Shown piece by piece: positions 28,001 to 49,107 of a DNA stretch of 64,000 nucleotides (position 1 is the stretch's first letter; every line of letters begins with the position of its first letter). The translations under genes and the position numbers were made by a program. The stretch comes from the human T2T-CHM13v2.0 reference genome, Homo sapiens, in NCBI RefSeq assembly GCF_009914755.1, contig NC_060934.1; one strand, 5' to 3'. The notes under the pieces are model-generated. The model was not told where the DNA came from and did not search any database. It was given only the letters and a program-made list of their open reading frames with translations.

Positions 28001-30064
28001 CCATTCTTGGTGTTTGCAACTAGATTTTAAACACAATTCAGGGTTGTATCTCCTGTTTCTTGGACACTTACCACTAGTAGAAAAGTGTACTGTTATAATT
28101 TGACATCCATATACCAACCATACCATACATCACACTATATACAAAAATTAAGTCAAAACGGATCACAGACCTACCTGTATGTAAAACTGAAAACTATAAC
28201 GTTCCTAAGGAAATTACAGGAGAAAAAAATTGTGACTTTGAATTAGGAAAAAAAAAATTTAGACACAAAAAGGCACATTTTATGAATTTGTTTTAAATGA
28301 TCAATTTAGAGCTTCTGCTCTTCAAAAGACACTTAAAATAAAAGGGCAAGCCACAGGGTTGGAGGAAATACTTCCAAAACATCTATTATGATAAAGGACT
28401 TATATCCAGAATATATAAAGAGCTCTCAAAACTCAACAATAAGCAAATAAGCAGTGAAAAAATGAACAAAAAATTGGATGTTTCACCAGAGAAATTATAT
28501 GGATGGCAAATAAGTACATGAAAAGATGGTCAATGTTATTAGTCATCAGGAAAATCTACTCTAAAATCACAATGAGATACTAGTACTATTTAGAATGGCT
28601 TTAACAGGATTAAAATGGTGGATAGAAGGCAAGATTAACTTGCAGCTCCTACTCAAGACAGACAGAGCAGCATGTAAAGACTCACATCATGAAGTTTTAC
28701 TCCAAGAACTACCTACCACAGGAATATACCAGGAAATCTGAGACATTTTGAAGGAACTGGATCACCTCTTCAGGTTCCCTGAGATGCCAAAAAACTGTGA
28801 GTCTGCTTGCTTTCTCAATGGGGAGGCTCGTAGTCTGGGGCAAGCTCTCAGCCCTGGTTACCAGCTGCCTGGAAATAGACTGGGTGCTGTTGGTGGGGCA
28901 CGGTGGGAGTGAGACTGGCCTTTAGGACTGCAGGCTGTGTGGGAGCTGGGTGAGGCTTGTGCATGCCAGCTTACCCCCACTTTGCTGGTGACCTGTGTGA
29001 CTCAGCAGAGGCAGACATAATCTCCCTGGGAATATAACTCCACTGGACTGGGAACTACACCGTCATGCCCCACAGCAGCCACAGCGAGCCCCACCCAAGG
29101 AGAGGCTGAGCTCAGACACACCTATCCCTGCCCCCACCTGGTGGTCTTTCTCTACCCACTCTGGTAGCCAAAGAGGAAGGTCTTGGAAGACAAAAACTCT
29201 TGGAAGCTCTATGGCCCTGCTCACCACCTGAGAAACCTGAATACCTATCCAGGTGTCCCTAGGGCAAGTTTGCATGCTCTCTATAGGACTGCAGCTGATA
29301 TGCTATTGAAAGCACCACCTCCTGGCTGGAGGCCAACCAACACAAAACCAGTGCACTAAACAAAAACACAACCAAAGACCTTCACTAAGCCCACTTTACT
29401 CCCCTGCTACCTCCACCAGTGCAGGTATCCACAGCTGCAAGACCTGAAGATGGATCACATTACAGAACTCTTTGCAGACGCTCCTCAGTACTAACCCAGA
29501 GCCTGGTAGCTCTGCTGGGTGGCTGGAAACAGAAGAGCAAAACCAATAACTACAATTTGGGTATTAAAAAACCCCATTCCTAGTGAAATGGAGAGAACAC
29601 CATATCAAGGGAGCACCCTGTGGGACAAAAAAATCTGAACAGCAGCCCCTAAATCCCTGATCTTCCCTCTGACATAGTCTACCCAAATGAGAAGGAACCA
29701 GAAAAACAATTCTAGTAATACGACAAAACAAGATTCTTTAACACCGCCAAAAGATCATACCAGCACACGAGCAATGAACCCAAACCAAGATGAAATCTCT
29801 GAATTGCCAGAAAAAGAATTCAGAAGGTCAAATTTTAAGCTAATCAAGGAGGCACCAGAGATAGGTGGAGTCCAACTTAAAGAAATTAAAAACATGATAC
29901 AGGATATGAAAGGAAAATTCTTCAGTGAAATATTAAATAGATAGCATAAATAAAAAACAATCACAACTTCTGGAAATCAAGGACACAATTAGAGAAATGC
30001 AAAATTCACTTGAAAGTCTCAGCAACAGAATTGCACAAGCAGAAGAAAGAACTTCAGAGCTTGA

Positions 30065-30406
<342 letters not shown>

Positions 30407-31260
30407 AGAAAAATGAATTTTGAAAAGTGAATAAAGCCTCCAAGAAATTTGGGACTATGTTAAATATCCAAACCTAAGAATAATTGGTGCTCCTGAGGAA
30501 GAAGAGAAATCTAAAAGTTTGGAAAACATATTTGAGGGAATAATTGAGGAAAACTTCCCCAGCCTTGCTAGAGATCTAGCAAATACATCCAAATACAAGA
30601 AGCTCAGAGAACACCTGGGAAAATCATCACAAAAGATCATTGCCTAGGCATATAGTCATCAGGTTATCTAAAGTCAAGACAAAGGAAAGAATCTTAAGAG
30701 CTGTGAGGCAAAAGCATCAGGTAACCTATAAAAGAAAACCTATCAGATTAACAGCAGATTTCTCAGCAGAAACCCTACAAACTCGAAGGGATTGAGGTCC
30801 AATTTTTAACTTCCTTAAACAAAACAGTTATCAGCCCAGAATTTTGTATCCAGAGAAACTAAGCTTCATAAATGAAGGAAAGAAGGTCTTTTCCAGACAA
30901 ACAAATACTGAGAGAGTTCACCACTACCAAGCCAGCACTACAAGAACTGGTAAAAGGAGCTCTAAATCTTGAAACAAATCCTCCAAATACAACAAAATAA
31001 AATCTCCTTAAAACATAAATCTCACAGAACCTATATAACAATAACACAATGAAAAACAATCAAGGTATTCAGGCAACAAATAGCATGATCAATAGAATAG
31101 TACCTCACATCTCAATACTAGCATTGAATATAAATGGCCTAAATACTCCACTTAAATGATACAGAGTGACAGAATGGATAAGAATTTACCAACCAAGTTT
31201 CTGTTGTCTTCAGAAGACTCACCTAACACATAAGAACTCGCAAAAACTTAAGGTAAAGGG

Positions 31261-31557
31261 GCCAGGTTTTTCGCAGGCTACATAAATAACACACCTGGTC
31301 AAACCAATCCCCTGGGCCCTATGCAAACCAGAAACCACCTCCTCCAGCCTCCCGATACAATAAACTACCTTTCTGCCACACATGGTGTTTCTTTTTGTTC
31401 CAAGCCCCCCTCCCTTGTCTCTGTACAGGGAAGCTGTTCTCTTCTTCTTTCTTGCCCATTAAACTTTTCGCTCTTTGAAACCACTCCACGTGTGTCTGTG
31501 TCCTGTCAGCACAAAACCAAAAACCCTGGTGTTCCTACAGTCATCAAAGCCATATCA
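31261..31557 (+). mobile_element. 3' part of an ERV1 LTR (MER50-like) inside L1PB ORF2
   Basis: Non-L1 block with aaaccaatcccc, attaaa signal and LTR-type end gccatatca. L1 resumes at agaccacagtgg (DHSGIKLE). Confidence 0.7.
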
Positions 31558-31805
31558 AGACCACAGTGGAATAAAATTGGAAATGAACTCCAAAAGGAAC
31601 CCTCAAAATCATGCAAATACATGGAAATTAAATAACCTGCTCCTAAATGATCATTGGTCAACAATGAAATCAAGATGGAAATGAAAAAATTATTTGAACT
31701 GAACAATAATAGTGACACAACCTATCAAAAACTCTGGGATACAGCAAAAGCAGTTCTAAGAGAAAAGTTCATAGCATTAAATCCCTACTACATCAAAAAG
31801 TCTGA

Positions 31806-32137
<332 letters not shown>

Positions 32138-35100
32138 CTAAAGTCACACCTCACAGAACTGGAGAAGCAAAAACAATCCAAACCCAAACTCAGCAGAAGA
32201 AAAGAAATAATGAAGATCAGAATAGAACTAAATGGAATTGAAACAAACAAACAAACAAACAAAAACAACAGATAAATGAAATAAAAAGCTGGTTAGACAA
32301 AGATTAACCAAGAAAAGGAGACAGAAGATCCAAATAAGCTTAATTGAAAACGAAATGGGAGATATTTCAACTGATACCAGAGAAATACAAAAGATTATTC
32401 AAGGATACTATGAACACCTTTGAGCACATAAACCAGAAAATCTAGAGGAGACAGATAAATTCCTGGAAATATGTAACCCTCCTAGATAAAACCAGGAAGA
32501 TATAGAATCTCTGAACAGACCAATAACAAGCAGCAAGTTTGAAATGGTAATAAAAAAATTGCCCACCAAAAAAAGTCCAGGATCAGACAGATTCACAGCT
32601 GAATTCTATCAGACATTCAAAGAAGAATTGGTACCAATCCTATTGATACTATTCCAAAAGATAGAGAAAGAGGGAATTCTCCCTAAAGCATTCTGTGAAG
32701 CCAGTATCACCCTAATACCAAAACCAGGGTAGGACATAACAAAAAAAGGAAACTGCAGACCAGAAGAAAACTGCATATCCCTGATGCACATAGATGCAAA
32801 AATCCTCAACAAAATACTAGCAAACTGAATCCAACAGCATATCAAAACAGTAATTCACCATGATCAAGTGGGTTTTATACCAGGGATCCAGGGATAGATT
32901 AACATATGTAAGTAATAAATGTGACACACTACATAAACAGAATTAAAAATAATAATTACATGATCATCTCAATAGATGCAGAAAAAGCATTTGACAAAAT
33001 CCAGCATCCCTTTATGATTAAAGCCCTCAGGAAAATTGGCATAGAAAGGAAATACCTTAAGGTAATAAAAACCATCTACAACAAACCCACAGCCAACATT
33101 ATACTGAACAGGGAAAAGTTGAAAGCATTCCCCCTGAGAACTGAAACAAGACAGGGATGCCCACTTTCACCACTTCTATTCAACATAGTACTCGAATTCC
33201 TTGCCAGAGCAATCAGTCAAGAGAAAGAAATAAAGAACATCCAAATCAGTAAAGAAGAAGTCAAACTGTCACTCTTTGCTGATGATATGATCTTATACTT
33301 AGAAAACCCTAAAGACTCATCCGAAAAGCTCCTAGAACTGGTAAATGAGTTCAGCAAAGTTTCAGGAAACAAAATTGATGTACACAAATCAGTGGCTCTG
33401 CTATATGCCAACAGCAGCTAAGCGGAGAATCAAATCAAGAACTCAAACTCTTTCACAACAGCTGCAAAAATAAATAAATAAACTATTTAGGAATATATCC
33501 AACCAAGGATGTGAAAGACCTCTTACAAGGAAAACTACAAAACCGTGCTGAAAGAAATCACAGATGACACAAAAAAATGGAAACACAACCGATGCTCATG
33601 GATATGTAGAATCAATATTGTGAAAATGACCATACTGCCAAAAGCAATCTACAAATTCAATGCAATTTCCATCAAAATACCACAATCATTCTTCACAGAA
33701 CTAGAAAAAAAATCATGAAATTCATATGGAACCAAAAAAGAGCCCAAATAGCCAAAGCAAGACTAAGCAAAAAGAATAAATCTGGAGGCATCACATTACC
33801 CAACTTCAAACCACACTATAGGCCATAGTCACCAAAACAGCATGGTACTGATACGAAAACAGGCACATAGACCAACGGAACAGAAGAGAGAACCTAGAAA
33901 TAAAGCCAAATACTTACAGCCAATTGACCTTCAACAAAGCAAACAAAAACATAAAGTGGGGAAAGGATACTCTATTCAACAAATGGTGCTGGGATAATTG
34001 GCAAGCCACATATGGAAGAATGAAACTGGATTCTCATCTCTTACCTTCCACAAAAATCAACTCAAGATGGATCAAAGACTTAAATGTAAAACCTGAATCC
34101 ATAAAGATTCTAGAAAATAATATGGGAAAAACCCTTTTAGACATTGGCGTAGGCAAAGACTTCATGACCAAGAACCCAAAAGCAAATGCAACAAAAACAA
34201 AGATAAATAGATGGAACTTAATTAAACTAAAAAGCTTCTGCGCAGCAAAAGAAATAATCAGTAGAGTTAACAGACAATCCACAGAGTGAGAGAACATCTT
34301 CAAAATCTATATATCTGACGAAGAACTAATATCCAGGATCTACAAAGAACTCAAACAAATCAGCAAGAAAAAAAATCCCATCAAAAAGTGGGCTAAAGAC
34401 ATGAGTAAACAATTCTCAAAAGAAGATATACAAATGGGCAACAAGCATATGAAAAAATTCTCAACATCACTAATTATCAGAGAAATGCAAATCAAAACCA
34501 CAATGTGAAACCACCTCACTCCTTCAAGAATGGCCATAATCAAAAAATCAAAAAATAATAGATGTTCGCATGGAAGCATTGAAAAGGGAATATTTTTACA
34601 CTCCCATCAACACCACTATGGAACCACTATGGAAAACAGTGTGGGGATTCCTTAAAGAACTAAAAGTAAATCTACCATTTGATCCAGCAATCCCACTACT
34701 AGGTATCTACACAGAGAAAAAGAAATCACTATATGAAAAAGATATTTGTACACACATGTTCATAGCAGCACAATTTGCAATTGCAAAAACATGGAACCAG
34801 CCCAAATGCCCATCAATTAACAGGTGGATAAAGAAAATGTGATATATATATATGATCGAATACTACTCAGCCATAAAAGGGAATGAAATAATGGCATTCA
34901 CAGCCACCTGGATGGAATTGGAGACCATTATTCTACATTATTCTAAGTGAAGTAACTCAGGAATGGAAAACCAAACATCATATATTCTCACTCATATGTG
35001 AGAGCTAAGCTATGAGGACACAAAGGCGTAAGAATGATACACTGGACATTGGGGACTCGGGGGAAAGTGTGGGTGGGTGGTGAGGGATAAAAGACAGCAC

Positions 35101-35788
35101 ACTGGGCACAGTGTACACAGCTCGGGTGATGGGTGCACCAAAATCTCAGAAATCACCACTAAAGAACTTATTCTTGTGACCAAACACTACCTGTTCCCTA
35201 AAAACCTATTGAAATTTAAAAAAAATTTAAATAAAAATAAAATAAAAAAATAGAATGGCTTTAATGAAACACCTCACAATGTCAAGTGCTGATGAAGATA
35301 TGGAACAACTAGAACTCTCATACACTGCTAGAGGGGCTGCAGATGGTATAGCCATAGCCACCGTGGGAAACAGTCTGGCTGATGCAGAGACAGTTAAATA
35401 TATAACCCATAGGATTCAGCAGTTTCCTCTCTTTGTACTTACCCAAGAGAAATGAAAACTTATATTCACATCAAAATCTGTACGTGAATGTTCATAGCAG
35501 TTCTACTTATAATTGCCAAAAACAATTAAAATGCCTTTCAGTTTTATAAATGAATAAACAGTGGTTCATCCATTCAGTAGAATACTCAGCATTAAAAAAA
35601 AGGAATTAAAAAACCCATTAAAACAGCATTTAGAAAAAGAATGTGCAAAGAAGCCAAATATTTACTCTTGTGTTAACATAATAGTCAATTGCAGAAAGTA
35701 CAGCCAAATAGAGGCCACACTGGAGAAATAGGAAGATAAATTTAGTCTCCCTACAGTGCTTTTAGAAGTTTAAAACACAGCCCTAAAA

Positions 35789-35792
<4 letters not shown>

Positions 35793-35827
<35 letters not shown>

Positions 35828-36106
35828 TTTTTAGAGACAGCGTCTCGTTCTGTCGCCTAGGCTGGGGTGCAGTAGCTCACTGCAGCCTCGAACTCATGGG
35901 CTCATGCAATCCTGCCTCAGCCTACCAAGTAGCTGAACCTCAGCTATGTGCCACTATGCCTGGCTAATTTTTATAAAAAAATTTTTTTAGAGGCAGGGGT
36001 CTTACTGTGTTACCCAGGCTGGTCTCTAACTCCTAGCCTTAAGTGATCCTTTCACCTTGGCCTGCTAAAGGGCTGGATTACAGATGTGAGCCACTGCACC
36101 CAGCCA
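35793..36106 (-). mobile_element. AluJ
   Basis: Long poly-T and tagctcactgcagcctcgaactc (AluJ diagnostic). Confidence 0.9.
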
Positions 36107-36399
36107 AACTTAGTTTTTTGGCTTTTTTTTTTTTTTAAAGCAGCTTGCAATTTAAAAGATACAATTTCTTTTCAATCAATTGTGAGTACTTTTGTGAGCC
36201 AGCAGCACTAGGCCACAGTGGAGCCAGTCTGACCTTTTATTCGGCTTCCAGGGCAGCAACACTCTTGTTTATGCAGCTAAAAGGGTATTACCCTTCCTGA
36301 TACAGAAGAAAAATGCAAGTCTTGGAATGCTAGGCTGCACATACTCCTGTATAACCTGAAAGAAGTTTTCTCTGAATGAAGAAAAACACCAAATATAAA

Positions 36400-36545
36400 T
36401 GTGCCTCAGTTTTTTCATGTTTAACATGAAGATGATACTACCTACTTCAGACAGTGGTGAGGTTTAGAGATAATCATGTAAACTGATTAGAAATGTGCCT
36501 GGCACAAAGTAAGTATGCAATTCATCTTAACTATTATTATTAATC
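36400..36545. mobile_element. MIR fragment
   Basis: gtgcctcagttttttcatgtttaacatg...gtgcctggcaca (MIR core). Confidence 0.65.
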
Positions 36546-37334
36546 CAAAATGTACTATAAGTGTTCAGGCATCCAGTAAAATCTAATCACCACATTAGAA
36601 AAATTGCATGAGAAAATTCATTCAGTTTTTCAATTTGCTTTCACCTTCTGACTTGGGTTAGAAGAGAGTCAGGGAAATGATGGTTTCTTTAGTTCCCAAG
36701 CAGGTGGGAAAGGAGGAGGCCCCGTATGTCAGGGTGATGGGCAGGGAAACCACAGAAAGGAGCCGTGGGATGTGTGACAAGGCTGATGGCAAAGGCTGAA
36801 GTATTAAGGATTGGAGGATCAAGGATTTGTGGGGTCAGTGCTTCACTGGGACGTTCTCTTGTTCCAGGGCCATTTATCCAGTTATCTTCCATTTTTAATT
36901 AATATTTGCTGCTAATATCAGTGTTTCTCTGTTCTGCAAACATACAGCTCTTTTGAAAGTTTTCTGTGATATTTAATATTACGTAACTTTGGAGAACCCA
37001 GATGTGGAAAACTCCCCTACCATGTTCCTTCCTCTTGTTTTTGTATGTATATTCTCCCTGTCTTGGGTGTGGGGAGGGGAAGGAGGATGCCAAAGTATGT
37101 ACGGGTACATGATATTCTGGGTAATTTTCTAAGATATTATTTGTAATACTTACTGTAATAATAATGTATCCTGAAATTTTTTCAAATTTTTAAATTAATG
37201 TACATACAAAATGGTATATAACTGTTTTGAGGTGACATAATCTATTGCACTATTGATTAAACTATCATAAATCAATAATGCTTTTAAGCCCTAGATCCTA
37301 AAATTTGAGAATAATTTGTAGAATCATAATTCTT

Positions 37335-43072
<5,738 letters not shown>

Positions 43073-43345
43073 CATAATTCTTATCCTTGCATTTGAAAAT
43101 CAAGCTCATGCTTCTCCAAATTATCTTCTAAAAATTAATTCATGTGAAAATTGTGTTCTAGGAATTAATTTTACGCAAGTCTAAGTTTATATATTCATTT
43201 TATTTATGAAAGCATAAAGATAATGGCATTAATCATTTGAAAGAGAACATTGGAACACTTTTAAAAATGTCTTGGAAGAACTTTTCTAGAAAGAACATAA
43301 AATGTCACATGTTTTTAATAGCCATCTTAAAATATTCTTGTTTAG

Positions 43346-43477
<132 letters not shown>

Positions 43478-44014
43478 TAATTATGAAGCAGTTCCAGTTA
43501 AAAAATGTAGATCCTATTTTTAGAAAAATGTCACTAGTGATACTACATTAGTATTTATTGATGGAAGAATATATGCAAAATCTGACATGTTCAGCATAGC
43601 TAATTCTTTTTTTCCACTACAAATTTACTTTCATTGGACCAACAGGATCCTGAATTCTGACCTCTTAAGTGTATTTCTGAGACTGTGATAGTGATGAAGG
43701 TAGAAAACTAATAATAGGGTTTTTTGGCCATTATCTTAGATAGGTATATGAAATATTTTCTTCCATTGAAACTCACACATTTGTAATACGATATTTGCTA
43801 AGAATTAAGGAGCATGCTTTGATTCTGTGAATTTTTATATAATTCAAAGTGGAAATGATGTTCTTTGATGTGACTAACTCAATGTGAAACATTTGAGTGT
43901 CTGAATGTTAATTTTATTATGTGTTTCCTATTGATTTTGTACAGGTACATCATCTGAAAATTTTTATTGTTTGATGCTTTTGTTAAGAGTCATTATATAT
44001 TTCTTATCTTCTAG

Positions 44015-44158
<144 letters not shown>

Positions 44159-44329
44159 TAGTATGATATGATTTGATCTTTTTCGAATGGCCTTCCTTTC
44201 TAGGTATTGGAAATAGAGGAAAAATCAGTAGTATCTTATTGAGGTAAGAAGTGCAGAGATAATTTGGCAAATGAGAGATTCCCAGAAGAAAGGGTAACTT
44301 CTTTCAAGTCAGCTAGTTTGTGCTCATAT

Positions 44330-44790
44330 AACACCAGTGTAGTAACATGCGTAGTTGATCCTCTAAAACAGACAGCATCTCAAATGATTACTGTAAGCCT
44401 ATAATGACAATCTCATGGTTCCTACTAGTGATTGCTTTGCAAATGGACATATATCCAAATCCAGGATTTTGAGATGTGAGGGGAAATTTTCATTATCATC
44501 TGGGAGTATTTCCTCCCTCCTAAGGAGAAACAGGAAAAGATGGTCTCTTTCTTCCTCAGGACCCTTGCATGTCATACAGTGATGCCGGAAACTGCTACAG
44601 TTACCTGTGACTAAGATGCTCTGTCCTGAGCAGAAAGCCAGCTCTGAGAAAGGCAGAGCTGAGAGAGGGGAAGAATGGGGGTGTTTGATAACATAATTGA
44701 GGCACTAAGTCAATCAACTTTGGAGCCTACCTTATCTCTGGACCTTTTGTTATGTGAAATAATAAATTTCCATATTTACTAAACTTTCTT
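44330..44790. mobile_element. Degenerate old MaLR LTR (MLT1-like)
   Basis: gatgccggaaactgctacag and ttgttatgtgaaataataaatttcc motifs; boundaries approximate. Confidence 0.5.
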
Positions 44791-45717
44791 GTGAGAATGG
44801 ATGACAGTAATCCTGAAGATGTCTCAGTATCCTTCAGTCGTTATTCTCCTTCCCTTTTGCACTGTAGATGGGTAAGGTATCCCTCCTTGTGTTTCTGTAA
44901 CCTGTGTATACTTCCATGTTTGCATTTATCGTATAGAATTATAATTATACATTTGGTCTTTATAGATAAAGATACTTAGAAATATAGGTGGACAGACAGA
45001 GTCTTTGAGAAGTGGGACTGTGTCTTAGTCTATTTCGTAGACCTAATGCTTTGAGTATAGAAGTCCACTGAGTGTTAGTTGAATGAATGAGTCTTCCTTC
45101 ATTTTGCATTTTGGAAACTAAAGCTCAGCAAGTTAATGGGTTAATTTTTAAAATTTCTTTAATATCTAAGTATTTTGGCTTAGCCCAGGAATGAATTTCA
45201 GAGCATCTAGAGAGGAATGGATGAATAGTGTATCCTCAAACATGCATGTGCCTATGCTTTGTTTTTCTCACCTGTGCATTTGAAAACTTCTGAGCAGCAG
45301 TGAATTTGTGAATTCCTGATTAATAACTGGGGTGCAGCTAGTCTATGTTTCTGGTTGAATTCAGAGCCTTGAGCAATCTGTCTGGGTTAGTGTACTAATA
45401 AGGGCTTCTGCTTGAAATTACAACAAATCATTCTTCACTGCTTCATAGGAGGGGCCATTATTCTCTCCAGAAAATAATTTTGTCTACCCTGTAAGACAGA
45501 CTCAAATGGAGAACTTGCTATTTAACTTGGGATCTCACAATTCCCTTCCTCTAAAAAATAGATACAGTAAGTATAGCATAGATTGAAAATTGTTAAAACA
45601 AGTATCAATAAACAACTTTTTAGCTATTAAAGAAAAATTTGGTAAACCAGAAGCTTTGAGAAATGTAAATTCCTATGATTTCCTCCAAAATAAACTAGAT
45701 TGAAAACATATACTTAG

Positions 45718-46053
<336 letters not shown>

Positions 46054-46539
46054 TTTATATGATATCTTTTTAAAACATCATAAATTGGAGTAGTTAACAA
46101 AATGAGAGCTTTGGTCTTATATTATTTGATTTATAGATTTTTGGCAATAATTAGAAAAGAGGGCCAGTTGCTTATGAAATGCATTCCTAGTATCTGACAC
46201 CAAAATATTATTAATTACATATAAGATAGTACTTATAATATTTCTATTCTCCACAGTAAGAGGACATGGATTCAGTTTGCCTATGGTGATTAGTAGGTTG
46301 TTGTATGAATTAAAACCTGAGGATGGTAGGGGTGTACATTTATACTGAAAATTCTTGAGGGCAGAAAGAACAAGATGTGGTAAACCACAACCTGCAGAAT
46401 CAAACTGAAAATCAATGTCCTCATTTTATTTTTAAATCAAATTTTCAGAGAAAGCTACAGCTGGGAGTAAAGGGTTATAGAATCAATTTTATTTGAATCT
46501 GTCACTTCATAATTATACTATCAGCTCATTATTGGGTAC

Positions 46540-46960
46540 TGAAGATCTTAGATAGCTGTCAGGCACCTCATACTCAGAATGTCCAAAATGGAGCTGCACC
46601 ACCTCATCTGTCTAGAAATCTGCTACATATAAAGAGTTTCTTGTCTTAGAAAGTCGCCCACATCTACTCATTGCTCAAAACGAAAATCTTAAGCTCATCC
46701 TCGAGTCTTCCCTTGTTTTCACCTCCCACTTATACAACTTAGACACAAAACTTGTCTCTCTGTTAGATATCGCCAAATTCCATCTTTACTGCTCCTGCCC
46801 TAGTTCTAGCCCTCATCTCTTGCCTGGGCTCCTGCAGTTATACTTTACTGAACTCCCTGCATCCTAATCTCCTTCCTTTCCTTCCAATCCTTTCTCCACA
46901 CTGCAGCCAGGGGGATCCTTTCAAAAAACACATCTGATCCTGCGACTACCTTGTTCAGTA
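46540..46960. mobile_element. L2 fragment
   Basis: aggcacctcatactcagaatgtccaaa...ctccacactgcagccag resembles L2 ORF2. Confidence 0.6.
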
Positions 46961-47537
46961 TCTCCATCCCTTGGGGAAGGCTTTTCCTTATGATCCTCCG
47001 TGCTGGAACAGAGTAAGCAACTAATGAGTAATAACTTCTTTATATCTCTTGGTGCTAATCAGGTACCCTCTCTTCCTATTACCTATTAGCCAGGTCCACA
47101 TCTTTCACTACCTTAAATGTGCCATAATCTTTCCCAGTCAGAGCTCTTACACTTGTAACTTGGAAAATACTTCGAAATTTATTGACGTGCTTTTTCTATT
47201 TTTCCTGCCTGATAACATGATCTTCACCCCAGTGTGCCTGAGGCATCACTCTGTTTGGCAGTGGGAAAATAATGAACATTTATTCTAGAAGAAATGCAAA
47301 TTGCAAAAAAAATGATTGAGGTAACATTCAGTTTTTAGCATTCAAAAATAGGAATTTATAGCAAGGCTATCTCCTGAGGAAAGCCTATCTCCTGAGGAAA
47401 ATCTGTCTAAACTGCTTACCTTCTCTTTAGCATATGGAGAGAAGTTTTCAGGGATACACCACAGGGTTTTTTTTTATAAGACGGGGTCATTGTGGAAAGA
47501 TCAAACAGGGTGAAGCAGGGCAGTGAGATGAGCTTTT

Positions 47538-47583
47538 TTTTTTTGAAACAGAGTTTCCCTCTGTCACCCAGGCTGGAGTGTAG
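47538..47583 (-). mobile_element. Severely 5'-truncated Alu (about 40 nt plus tail)
   Basis: 13-bp TSD gagatgagctttt at 47525-47537 and 47584-47596, followed by aaaa. Confidence 0.9.
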
Positions 47584-47633
47584 GAGATGAGCTTTTAAAA
47601 AGATAATGAGGGCAGGAAGGAGCTCTTACCTTC

Positions 47634-48003
47634 TGTATTAGCCCGTTCTCAAACTGCTATAAAGAACTACCTGAGACTGGGTAACTTATAAAGAAAAGAG
47701 ATTTGATTGACTCACAGTTCCACAGGCTGTGCATGAGGCATGGCTGGGGAGGCTTCAGGAAACTTACAATCATGGCAGGAGGGCAAAGGCAAAGCTGGCA
47801 CATCTTACTATGGTGGCTGGAGAGAGAGAGTGATGGAGGAAGGGCTACACACTTTTAAACAAGCACATCTCGTGAGAACTCACTATCACGAGAACAGCAA
47901 GGGGAAATCTGCCCCCATGAACCAATCACCTCCCACCAGGTCCCTCCCCCAAATTACAATTTGATATGACATTTGGGTGGGGACACAGAACCAAATGATG
48001 TCA
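47634..48003 (-). mobile_element. MSTA-like MaLR solo LTR
   Basis: tgtattagcccgttctc...gggaggcttcaggaaacttacaatcatggca...gggacacagaacc...tca; TSD ccttc/ccctc. Confidence 0.88.
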
Positions 48004-48555
48004 CCCTCACACTTCCTACCACTCTCACTCGCCATTCCTGAGGAAGCCACTCAGAATCTGCGGCATTCCTGTCTGCGGTGAGCCACATCATTGCTAACCT
48101 GGAGGGGCAGAATGATCAGATAGTGGAAAGACTCAAGTTAGCTTTTCCAAACCCTTAGCTTTAGTTTTCCAGAAACCTGAAAGTAATTGATAATCTGGCT
48201 GGAAAGTTTCTAGAAGGGGTTTTTCAGAAGATAAGGGGGGTGGGTGTACAGTGAGGCACTGGGCAGATCCCCTGGGCCAGCTCTGCTGTGTCTAAATGGG
48301 AGTCAGCCAGAACTCAGAGTGTTCTCAGCTCTAACTGGAGCAAACAGACTTAATCTGCAGGAGGAGCCACAGGAAGTGCTCTCTGCATGAGAGGAACAGA
48401 CCACAAGCTCCCTGGAGGCAGACTACGGCCTGGGAGCCCAGTAGGGCACCTAGCGGCTAGGCAGACAAAAGCATATGGCCCCTTAAACTAGAGAGCCACC
48501 ATGCCCAAGGACCCTCTCTTTTCTCCTGACACAAGGTCTTAAAAGAAGGAGGAGG

Positions 48556-48840
48556 GGCAGGCATGGTGGTTCATGCCTATAATCCCAGCACTTTGAAAGG
48601 ATGAGGCAGGAGGATTACTTGAGCCCAGGAGTTAGAGGCCAGACTGGGCAATATAGCAAGACCCTGTCTCTACAAAAACTTATTTTAAAAAATTAGTCAA
48701 GCTTGGTCACATGTACCTGTAACCCCAGCTATTCAGGAGGCTGAGGTGGGAGGATTGCCTGGGCCCAGGAGTTCGAGGCTGCAGTGAGCTGTGATTGCAC
48801 CACTGCATTCTAGCCTGGGTGGCAGAGTGAGACCCTTTCT
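48556..48840 (+). mobile_element. AluJ lacking a poly-A tail
   Basis: Both arms present with gagcccaggagtt and gaggctgcagtgagc; ends gaccctttct without an A run. Confidence 0.9.
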
Positions 48841-49107
48841 GAGGAGGGATGCCATCTGAGAAATGGAGAAAACACTTTTATCCAAGAGAGACTGAACCCT
48901 ATCTAAAAGGACTTATGGATTTATTGAATTTAACTGAGCTTTATTTTTCTTCCAGCCAGTGGGCATGAGCTTGGGGAAAAGCCATAATAGTTATAGTAAA
49001 AACGAAGAAATTGCAATTTCTCTGTGTATCTAAGAGTAGATTCTGAATTTTGACCAGTTACACACATGATACTTTCCCTGCATAGAAACCTTCCCTCTCC
49101 TCTGCAC

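Noticed and set aside
47363-47398. 18-bp tandem duplicate (similar small ones near 8252, 32745, 34612, 34925 and 61325)
   Set aside because: These look like routine slippage duplications with no sign of function.
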